From positions 4,774,001-4,838,000 of the forward strand of contig NC_092680.1 of NCBI RefSeq assembly GCF_964355755.1: a stretch of DNA of 64,000 nucleotides. Reading direction: 5' to 3'. Under the pieces are notes generated by a model. It did no database searches and was not told the DNA's origin. It worked only from the letters and a program-made list of their open reading frames with translations. This DNA is from Antedon mediterranea. Lineage: Eukaryota > Animalia > Echinodermata. This document shows positions 53,201-63,455 of the stretch, piece after piece. How positions within the stretch are numbered: position 1 is the stretch's first letter; each line of letters starts with the position of its first letter. Position numbers and translations under genes: made by a program.

Positions 53201-55014
53201 GGCAAGAAAACCTTGGAAGGTGAAAAGGAATACCACCCAATCATCTTGTTTTGTTTCATAGGTAAGGGGTTACTTATAATTATCAACAAAAAGCACTGGT
53301 TCGCTTCCAAATTTCGCTATTCACAATGGATGAAATTTAAAAACTCCCGGGTGATGTTTTTATAACCCAACGTAAAACACTAACCACAGTTTTGTTTTTT
53401 ATTATATTTTTCACAACTTTATGAATATAATTTAATATTTTTTTAATTGAATTATTACTGTTGTTGCCTTTGTTTATAGATATTGTGTATGTACTTTGTT
53501 TTATTTAGTTGCATTGATTGTCTCTACAATAACCAATGGACAACACGTTTAGTTTACACCATTATTCTTTAAAAAAATGTTAAAACTTTGACTTTAAAAT
53601 TAGTTGTTTTAGTTTTAGTAAGGATTTATGACATCTACTGTACCAGCCAAAGAGTATTGTCCAATGATAGGATTAAGAAATAGATACAAATGTTTTGAAT
53701 TAATATCACTACTTCTTCGGAACAAAATTTCACATAATTGAAAGAGTATAAAAAAAGATGATTGAAAAAAAGATTTAGCGGAATAAATGTTCTGCCAAAA
53801 CTTTTGGTGCGAATTAGTAGATGAATAAAAATTCAACTATGATGAATGTCTGAATACCAGCATTTAAGTCTATTAATAGCCGAGTCACTCTTTTATGTAC
53901 AGTTTTTACTGTAATTACTAAATGTACCATATTTTATTTTTTAAATCTTTTTTCAATAACATTGTTTTGAACTTTTTCTCTATTTTATTTTAATAATATT
54001 TACATTTTGCATTTTAAACGTTCTTTTTACTTGACAGTCACAATAATATTTTTATGTCAAGCTCTGAATTTTTCTCCCATCCCTATTACTGTACTGTATT
54101 ATGTGTGCAATAGTTTTCATTTTGACTTGGATGGCACAGTAACGTATAGCTCTGTGTCTACACTACTGTATCAAACTAGTTTAGAAGAAAAAAAATGTGA
54201 TGTGCCCAAATATGGTAGTGGTATGCCCAAATATGGTATGACATCATGTCCATATATGAGAATTTCACACTTATTTTGTTACATAGGCTTTAGAGTACAA
54301 ACAACATTTGTATTCTGTGTGTCAAATTTAATCCATGTTCTCTATTTTCCAGCTGGATAAGGTTTACAAGTTAAAAATTATTATCATGGTTTTTATTTTA
54401 CAATTTTTGTATTCATAATTATAATATTATTAATTACTATTTAATTTTAGGTAGCTGTTGAAGATTTGAATCCTGTAGATTGTGAAGATCAACAATCAAA
54501 TACAGAGAGCACTGCTGAAGATGGCGACTTCACAGAGGCTAGCATTAAACCAGATGGTTTTACAGAGACTAAACCAGATGATCTCAAGTTAGATGATGAT
54601 GATGAGTTTCTTGATGCTGTTGAAGATATTATTATGCAAAATCCTAGCAAACCTGACAACCTTGAAAATCCTGTATCACAGGAGCCTAGCACCCTGCCTG
54701 AAAGTGACCAGCTTGAAAATCCTGGATCAGATGAGCCTAGCAGCCCATCTGAAAGTGACAAACTTGAAAATCCTGGATTAGAGGAGCCTAGCAGCCCATC
54801 TGAAAGTGACAACCTGGAAAATCCTGGATCAGAGGAGCCTAGCAGCCCATCCGACAGCGACAACCTGGAAAATCCTGGATTAGAGGAGCCTAGTAACCCA
54901 TCTGAAAGTGACAAACTTGAAAATCCTGGATCAGAAGAGGTTAGCAAACCTCTAGAGACTGATTTAGAAAATGTTGAGAAAGAAGTGGTAGTAGAACAAA
55001 TACATGAAGAATAA
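44290..55014 (+). CDS. Multi-Tudor domain protein (TDRD6/TDRD15/Tudor-like), 12 extended Tudor domains, ~2893 aa
   Basis: Coding exons 44290-50551, 50816-51007, 51328-52991 and 54451-55014 (8682 nt, GT-AG, frame-consistent). Twelve repeats of F(W/Y)CQ...C.A(K/R)(F/Y)..D..WYR(A/G/S)...V.(Y/F)VDYGN...LP.QA..C.L, followed by an acidic disordered tail. Confidence 0.93.
54661..54945 (+). repeat. 51-bp coding tandem repeat (LENPGSEEPSSPSESDK), ~5.5 units
   Basis: Units start at 54661, 54712, 54763, 54814, 54865 and 54916. Confidence 0.95.
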
Positions 55015-55398
55015 ATAACCTGTAGTTTACACATTAAAAACTTGAAATATAAACAATTTATATATAGTATGTGCTATTTTCAATTAAATCTATTTGAACC
55101 TTTTAGGAAGAAATAGTGAAAGTTTAAGGGAAAATATAGATTTTTTTTCCCGTCCAAATACAGGTAATTGGTAAAAGGAAATTAGTGAATATCGCACTTA
55201 ATGAAGAAACATACCAGATCTTCATTATTAATGTTAATTACATCAACATTTTTTCACTACAATGCTTGATGTTGATTTAAAAAAAAATATTTTAATGAGA
55301 TTCTCAAAGTCTTCTCTAAGTTACATGTTCTGGTATTATTTTGATGTTAAACAACCAGCCTTTGTATTGTACGAACTGTTTCAAGAAAAGGTCTCGTA

Positions 55399-55577
55399 AG
55401 CTTGGTTCCCACTAGAACGTAACGCAAGGACGTAAACGCAACACAAGCGTTTTAACCAATGACAAGCGAACTTATAGACTGTTCGCAATCACAAGCGAAT
55501 AAGCCATCGCTTGTGATTGGTCAATTCACTTGCGTTGCGTTACGTCCTTGTGTTGCGTCGCTAGTGGGAACCACGCT
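55399..55577. mobile_element. PIF/Harbinger-like MITE downstream of the Tudor stop codon
   Basis: TIR agcttggttcccactag / ctagtgggaaccacgct; near-palindromic body; right flank TTA. Confidence 0.65.
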
Positions 55578-56141
55578 TTAGATAAATTGGTTTAGTAAAT
55601 GATTAGTTTGTTTAGCTATTACACTGAAAAACACATAAATTGTTAAGATATATCTCCTCAGTTTTGAAATTTCAATAATTTGTGTTTTTTCCCCAAAAAA
55701 TTATTTTAAAACCTTTATCTTGAAAATTTAAAATTGTGAGCTACTAGCAATAATATAAACTTCCATAACTAAAAAGAGAGTTTTTCAGATATATGCCTGT
55801 ATGACTACCTACTATTAGTGTGGTTAGTCCTTTTCGCTTTTACGCCGCCATAGTAGATATGCAGAAGTAGATATGATTAGCCCATATCTCAATCACCAGA
55901 CATTTTAGATATATAGAAAACAAAAAAATGAGATAATCAAAAAGAAAGAAAATCAAGTAAGCGTTCCTTTCATTATATTTTGATTATTATTTTCTACATT
56001 TTATTGATAACTATGTTAAGAATGCTAGTTAACCTTGTTCAATAAAGTTTTGCATTTAAGATTGTTACTTTACTGCTGCAGTGTTTTACTGTATTACTAT
56101 TAGTGTCACATAATGATTTAGATATTTCTATGAATTTCGGT

Positions 56142-56430
56142 TTTTAGTCGCTTGCAACACGATTCAATTCTACAGCTCACTATGTCGGTTGGTCGGTAAA
56201 CACTAACTTGTATATGACCTCATCTTGATATCAGTTTAATCTAGCTAAGTTAAATTTTCACGGTATATTCCTTATGGCCAGGAATTGATGTGGTTATGTT
56301 TTCACGGTGCGCAATAAAAAATTACGCGGTCTACGCATGCGCACGGTTTAACGAAATCACGTTTGTAATATTATCTCACAAGCATGAATCACAATAAAAT
56401 AAAATTTGGTACTTATAAATTTCAGGGAAT
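56142..56430 (+). mobile_element. Partial Helentron-associated (HINE/DINE-1-like) element
   Basis: Similar to 59086-59410 (tttttagtcgc...cactatgtcggt...tcttgatatcagtttaatctagct...aaatttcaggg). Confidence 0.65.
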
Positions 56431-56989
56431 TTTCTAAATTTTAAATTTTAGAAATAGATTATTTGGTAATAAATGCAAATTTGTTTTATTAATTTACAGG
56501 GTAATTTCACTCTTCCCTGATTTATTAGATACCCAATTCACACTCTAACAAGTAGTTTGCATCAATCATCCAGGATAATCTTACGAATTACTACACGTTC
56601 ACACGCTTACGCTAGTTTGTCACGGTGTAATGAGATCACCCGACCTGTTTGTTCAGAGATTTTACCTGATGTAACACGGAAATGCTTATACGAAGGTGAA
56701 GATGTGTTACATTGTTGGAGATTTGTATAAGTGTGAATCATATTTACCACTTCTTTTATTAACTTAAAGAAACTCGAATACACAGTTTAAAATAACTGTT
56801 TTTGTGGAGTCGTCAGTTGTTGTTTTCCGTCATAATGATATAATAAAAACATGAAAGAATATTGCAATTTTATTTCTCTTGCCAACTTTGAACAAAATAA
56901 TACTATCGTTGTAATATTTCTGCTGTTCAGACTGAGAGAAAAATTTAACAAGTAAAGAAAGATTCTAGAATTAATATTTCGGTTTAGTA

Positions 56990-58189
56990 TTAATAGTCAA
57001 TCTCTTCAAGTGACATGTCATTCATATGTTTTCCTAAACTTGGCCGACGATATATAAGGTTTTCCGAATGTTTTCGATGATTCATGTCGTCATCGTCAAG
57101 TGGCAGGTTTGATTCTTTACTCCACGCCTGTTTCACGGATCTTGGAAGAGATTTCGGGCGAGAAACAGAAGCTAAATCGGAGTTGATTAATTCACCAAGT
57201 GGAACCGGCAGGTTATCTGCTGCCTGACTCATCAACCCCGTGTCACTAGATGGTGGATTGTTTTCATTCAATTCTGGAAGGTATCTTTCTTTTGTAATCA
57301 CCAGTACATCATCAAAAGCTAAATGATTTGAAGAAGAAGACTGACTTCTAGTTTTGTTCATCATCGCCGATCTGATAAGCCTTACTCCTTTTGTTGAAAA
57401 GATGTCATCTTGAAGTGTAGTTTCTTGTAATGAAACCACTCTGTTGGTTATTCCTGCAGATTTACTTCCAATTGATCTGTGATGTTTCATCCAAAACGAA
57501 ATGTCAGTTTTCTGCTTTTCAATTTTTTGTATACTCAAGACATATCTTAAGCATGCTTTAAATAATTCTGGAAGTTCATTCAAGCTTCGGTCCCGTCGTA
57601 TAACATTCCTAAATCTCCGTGTAACTCTGTCGACATAATTTGGATGAATTAGAGAACATAGTGTCTCTATCTGTAACCTGTTATCTGGATGAATTCTATA
57701 TTTTTTCTTGTTTTCAAATTCGTCTGTAAGCCAGTCATAAGTAACACAGAGGCTTTCTGGATTTCGATTTTCCAAGTCTCGTGCTCTCGATTGCTCTTTT
57801 TTAACTGTTTCTAATCGTGCTATCTGTCCATCTAATTCCCACATTAGAATTTTCTGAGGAACAAGTGAGTTTCGGTTCATGGTTTCACCCGTTTTCAATC
57901 GCCGACTAGTCCCGAAGGATCCCGCTTGTGAACCTTCTTCCTCCTTCCTCTGGGGTTTTAGAGGATTGACCATGAGTCCTAACACCGTGTCCATGGTTTT
58001 GGTTCGCGTACACCGCGTCCATAACCCTTGGCACGCGGTAGATACTACTGTTGGCCTACTGCAGCCTCCGTCGATGGTACGGTTACCTCTCTGCTGAGTA
58101 GAATAGAAATGTATTGACTTGTCATTATTGTTAGGCCTAGACACTGTTTGTTCTGAGGAACAAAGTCCGTGATCTTCATAATAAGTCAT
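56990..58189 (-). CDS. Intronless RD3 (retinal degeneration 3) domain protein
   Basis: Part of ORF 56990-58291. KILMWELDGQIARLE...VTYDWL...YRIHPDNRLQIETLCSLIHPNYVDRVTRRFR...ELPELFKACLRYVL aligns by eye to RD3 (TLMMELTGQMRE...VDYSWL...[25 protein letters not shown]...LFRSVLQEVL). The first in-frame ATG is at 58189; the true start is uncertain. Confidence 0.82.
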   Translation of the reverse strand: MTYYEDHGLCSSEQTVSRPNNNDKSIHFYSTQQRGNRTIDGGCSRPTVVSTACQGLWTRCTRTKTMDTVLGLMVNPLKPQRKEEEGSQAGSFGTSRRLKTGETMNRNSLVPQKILMWELDGQIARLETVKKEQSRARDLENRNPESLCVTYDWLTDEFENKKKYRIHPDNRLQIETLCSLIHPNYVDRVTRRFRNVIRRDRSLNELPELFKACLRYVLSIQKIEKQKTDISFWMKHHRSIGSKSAGITNRVVSLQETTLQDDIFSTKGVRLIRSAMMNKTRSQSSSSNHLAFDDVLVITKERYLPELNENNPPSSDTGLMSQAADNLPVPLGELINSDLASVSRPKSLPRSVKQAWSKESNLPLDDDDMNHRKHSENLIYRRPSLGKHMNDMSLEEIDY

Positions 58190-58418
58190 ATCTTTTAAAC
58201 ATTCATTGTTGCTATGCTGCGCATAGGAATCTGGTTGCGTAATGATGATAAGTATTGAGTCACATTGCTTTTTTAAAATTTTAAATGACAATTGAAACTA
58301 AGGCCTAATCAGAGAGATAAGGATTTCTATATATAAAAAAACGTTTCGCCGTCCTCTGTGCTTACACCACCCACCTGATAGGCCTACCCGATTATGAATC
58401 CTCTTGGAAGGAGACCGC

Positions 58419-58452
58419 GTTGCCATGGCCAAAACCACTATCACATGGCAAC
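58419..58452. promoter_or_regulatory. RFX X-box-like motifs upstream of the RD3-like gene
   Basis: GTTGCCATGGCCAA at 58419-58432 and half-site CATGGCAAC at 58444-58452, within a CpG-rich patch. Confidence 0.45.
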
Positions 58453-59085
58453 AAAGTATGATTGTGACGTGCGCGTTACGTACGTACGTACGCACGACGC
58501 GTCGTCAAAAGGCAATTTTATTTTCTCAGAGTAGAGTTATTATAAATGTGTCGATGTCATTTATCAAATTCATTCGAATCTAACTAATTTAACATTAGGA
58601 AAACCGAGAGGTTTCTTTGCTAACGTAAGAATAAATAAAATTATTTTTAAAAGTTTAAAAGATTTTGGATATGATTACATTTGGAATAATCACTCCAATT
58701 GAATGTAAACACCGATCTGTCATGGGTGGATCATGTTGATGTTATACTTGCTGTTCCAACGTTTTTATGTGTGATGAACCGTGTAGGCCTACCTATATGT
58801 GAAATTTATGTGAAATAAATATTACTTGAACTGAATTATGCACAATGCTGATAGTCGGTTTGTGAAAAATCTCACTAACGTGTGACGGCTACCAATCATG
58901 TTGAATAACAAAAGACCGTGACATTTAAATCTTCATTTAGCTGTTGATTAAATACCCGTTCGCTAAATCGATCTATTGTATCCTTTACATAAGTCATAAT
59001 TATTTCCGACAAATAGGCCTACTTTTTTTATGTAAAAAGAAGAGTATTTAAATACTTTTCTAACAAAGTTTTCTTAGACTTATGA

Positions 59086-59890
59086 TTTTTAGTCGCGTGG
59101 AAGCGACTCTATAGTTCACTATGTCGGTCGGTTGGTCGGTCTGTCTGTCTGTCGGTCTGTCTGTCTGTCGGTCCGGTATCACTATGCGTTTTATCGCTTT
59201 CTGACCTTATCTTGATATCAGTTTAATCTAGCTAGGTAAATTTTTCACAGTATATTCCTTATGGCCAGGAATCAATGTGGTTATGTTTTCACGGTGCGCA
59301 ATAAAAAATTACGCGGTCTACGCACGATTTAACGAAATCACGTTTGTAATCATATCTTCACAACCATGAATCACAATTAAATAAAATTTGGTACTCATAA
59401 ATTTCAGGGCATAAATCATCATATGGCAATACAATTACGTGCGTAGCGCATGTAACGCATGCGTACGCGCGCTTAAAATTTTCAAAATTTATTTTTGATG
59501 AAATAAGAGTACGTTTCAGGCAATTTTAAGCGTTTACAAAATTGCCATGAGTGCGCATACTTTTGCGCGCGCAATGCGCGTTAAATGTTATTGCGCACTC
59601 TTTTTGCCCGATTTCTGTTTTCTTGACTTACTTTTCAACTCGAAATTACGTTATACGAGCACGTCAAAAGTGACAGGCTACGCACGTGTAAATTAAAAAA
59701 ATATAAATGTTTTTAAACATTTCAACATTTTTAAACATGTTCAGTAATTTCGGTCAGTATAGTTCACTATGTCGGTCGGTCGGTCTGTCTGTCTGTCTTT
59801 CTGTCGGTCTGTCTGTCGGTCTGTCAGTCTGTCTGTCGGTCCGGTATCACTATGCATTGTAGCACGCGACTTAATGGCTGTTGGCCTTGT
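59086..59890 (+). mobile_element. Helentron-associated interspersed element (HINE/DINE-1-like)
   Basis: T-run insertion site; 5' subTIR AGTCGCGTG with stem gtcgc..gcgac; (GTCT/GTCG)n microsatellite blocks at ~59123 and ~59771; 3' subTIR CACGCGACT followed by short hairpin ggctgttggcc and TTGTT. Confidence 0.8.
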
Positions 59891-60699
59891 TTTTAAACAG
59901 TGGCGTGTAATTAATAAAAGAAAATATTTAAAATATACTGTATAGGCCTACCCCCATTTTGTTTCTTTTTTTTTTCTCAGCAGGTTCAATTGAAAATACA
60001 TTCACTATTTTACGCAGACACCTTGTGTTCGAATTTATATGGGCGTAGACCTTATTCTTTATACCCCCCTCCCTATGACCCCGCCTACTCAACAAACCGA
60101 CTAGCCCAGCTGTGCCCCGTTTTCCTTTCCTAATGCAGGTTCATGCCCGTCTCACTCAATGTCATAACATTAATTCTAGTGATGATGGAATTCAATTTAA
60201 ACAGACACTATTAGTATTATCGTTTATCTTGATACATGGAAATGATCCACCAGGGCTTCGATTTCACAATGATACCAAGGTCTAATAAAACAATTTATCA
60301 TCATTGTAGATAATATTTGTTGATTTATGATAATGATGGTTTTAAGCACCGATTGAACACGAACAGAGTCCCTAACACACAATATTAAGGTTGTAGCTCA
60401 AATGGAAAGAAATTATGAATTAATAGGCATATTGCTCGGACATTTCTATGTTTATTAAATGGAAATGCTCAAAAGTTAAGGGATGATGCTCCAAAACTTA
60501 TTATTTTATTTGAATCCAATTAATGTTTCTTGTATGACTATGAGTAAATTTCTTTCAATTAAAATTACTTTTCTACTAGACCTCTGGTGTTTTCATTCTT
60601 TGTAGAATGGGATTGAACGACTCTTCCTTTATTTCACGATATAATACCGTACGTAAAAGTTATATTCACCACGACTTTCGTGTGTTTGGGGGGCGGGGT

Positions 60700-62957
60700 G
60701 CGATTTTTTTTTTCGTACATAAGTTGGGGACCCCTTCATCAAACGTCACAAAATAAACATGAATATTATAATTCATCAGTTAAATTTGTTGTTCCGTGTG
60801 CACCCAAGCGTATAGCAACAAGAAGTGATTACACAACTGCGATACGATACTTTCTACAGTAGGCCTAGGATTATAAGTCAATTCACGCATGGATTAAAGA
60901 ATAGAAGGATATGCATCGACGTGAGATCAAGGGTTCCTTGACTCTCGCCGACAGACTGCGGACCGCCCACAATGTTACAGTTTAATTAACCGCAGGGTAA
61001 CAACGAAACGGTCGCGTGCCTAATATATTGTTTACTGCACATGTGCAACGACATTTAACCTAGTTGGCTACGCTTCTTTCGCGCGTTCTTTGGTTGCATG
61101 ATGTTTATGGTCAACTATTGACTATGTTGGTTTCTGCCGCGATTGATCTACGCTAATGATTTTTTTATGATGATTAAAGTAGCATTTTATGACCTGTAGT
61201 AGCCCTACATCTGAGACAATAACTATTAGTTGTCTCATTTGTTGTAAAATTACAAAATCAGCAAGAATGCTAGCCTAGCTAGGCCTTGTACTAACTAGGC
61301 TAAACTGGGCTAGTAAACCCTATGATTTGCCGACATTGATACTGCCTAGGTAGGCCTAGGCTAATCTTAAATACTCACCGTTGTCTTACTTCTTGTGTGA
61401 ATAATAATAGGTAGGCCTACTTCGTTTGTTCGTGATCAAGTTTGCCCTGCGTGTACTTTTCAAAACGACCGCTAGGTAACGAATCGCAACTATACATAGC
61501 CAGCCAATCCCGGATCAGGGATCGCTGTTTTCATTCAATTAGGCCCGGTGATTGGATGTGATGTGGATGACATAACCACTAGCCAATCACCAGGCACTAC
61601 AGTTTAAATATAATCACATCGATAATTAAGGAGATTTATGAAGAAACCACTGCTTAGCCATATATTAAAAAACACGATTGTTGTATGTCTGAACACCGGC
61701 CACGCTAACAACATACATGGTCAAATGCAAAATTTAATATTCTATAGATTAACGCAATTTTTAATGACAGAAGATGGCAGGCAAATAATGATAATTCAAA
61801 TATAAAAATTGCATATTTTATTAATATTACCAACTACTTAAAATTACCAGTCGTAAGAAAGTGAACTTTTCGTAGTCCGATTGTGATGAAACTAAAACAG
61901 AATTATTCAGCAATATATGTTTGTTATCAATTAATCATCGACGCAGACATGTCAATAGAACATTCAGACTGCGCATACGATTTCTACATGGTTACGTTTT
62001 GGTCTCAAAAAAATGTAACAGTTGATTCGCAGCGTTTTACAGAGGGCCGCGGTTAGAGACATGGAGTTCAATGAACGTGTTTGTTTGATTGGCAGCAGTG
62101 CTTTAGTATAGGCAAGCGCGTTGTAAAATCGTTTGATGTCACCGTCGATGCATATCCTTCTATTCTTTAATCCATGATTCACGTGATTGCCTTCGCGCAC
62201 TCTTCTTCACACAAAATGTGTCGAGTCGAGGCTATCGACAGCTAGGCAAGTACGGCAAGACATTAAACTAAGTAGTAATTCATTGGACATAGCCCAAAGA
62301 AAGCTTAGACCCACAAGAATAAAGAATGTGTATAATTTGTGTACTGTATTTTTTAAATTCTGCTATTTTATTATCAAACAATATGCATGTACTCAAAGGA
62401 ACTTTAAAAATGCGCGTATATGAACACATGAGATGGGAAGATTTGACCCACGAGAATAAAAATGTATTTTTGTGTAATGTTTATTGTTTAATTTTGCTGA
62501 CTTATTACTCGGATTGTGTCATACCAAAGATAGTGTAACTATCTTTGGTCACAATCCGAGTACAGTAATTGTAATATATATACCTAATACACACACACCC
62601 ACACAGCTACTACTAGAATAGACATGGGTTTAGAGACAATAATTAGGCCTAATAGTATTAATAGAAACTATGGTTTTAACACGTAATTCTTTAGTAAAAA
62701 ATTATATTAAAAACACCATAAACTAAAGGCTGATTATTTCGACAATCCACACAAAACGCCGCTATTCTTCTATGAAATCGCACGCCGCAACAACAGCGGA
62801 GATAGGCCTAGAATCGTACCGCACTTGTGTAATCACTTCTTGTTGCTATACGCTTGGGTGCACACGGAACAAGACAATTTAACTGATGAATTATTCATGT
62901 TTATTTTGTGACGTTTCATGAGGGAGTCCCCAACTTATGTACGAAAAAAAAAATCGC
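60700..62957. mobile_element. 2.26-kb element with ~160-bp terminal inverted repeats (Mutator/foldback-like, unclassified)
   Basis: 60700-60868 is the reverse complement of 62802-62957 (gcgatttttttttcgtacataagttgggga...gttccgtgtgcacccaagcgtatagcaacaagaagtgattacacaa); no clear transposase ORF; TSD not resolved. Confidence 0.75.
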
Positions 62958-63125
62958 GGCCGGGGTGGGGATGGAGACAAGGATTAAAGAGACGTTAAAT
63001 GGCACATTGTGTCGTAGAATTCTAAATACAAACACAAAATAACAATTCGATAAATACTTTGTGTTTGCTAAATTTTATTGTAGTTCATAATGATATCTAA
63101 CAATAAAGATATGCCTAAACTACAG

Positions 63126-63455
63126 TACTGATGTTGTGATGGTCTTCACATACATCTATGCAACGTATTCACGTTTAGTAGTGGTCGTAGTAGTGACTAC
63201 ATGATTGGAATCGTTATCGGTATATGTTGTGGTCGTTGAGGATGATGACGACGATGATGATGGACGACCTTTTCGTAGTTCTATCTCTACTGATGTTGTG
63301 ATGGTCTTCACATACATCTATGCAACGTATTCACGTTTAGTAGTGGTCGTAGTAGTGACTACAGGATTGGAATCGTTATCGGAATATGTTGTGGTCGTTG
63401 AAGATGATGACGATGATGATGATGATGATGATGACGACCTTTTCGTAGGTCTATC
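63126..63455. repeat. 162-bp tandem duplication spanning the stop codon of the cationic protein gene
   Basis: tactgatgttgtgatggtcttcacatacatctatgcaacg... occurs at 63126 and 63288. Confidence 0.9.

Noticed and set aside
55014-56990. RD3-like gene next to a Tudor gene as conserved RD3L-TDRD9 synteny
   Set aside because: TDRD9 is a DExH helicase with a single Tudor domain, unlike this 12-Tudor protein, so the parallel is probably coincidental.
61964-62423. Short ORFs inside the long-TIR element as transposase
   Set aside because: No DDE, zinc-finger or HTH motif recognisable by eye.
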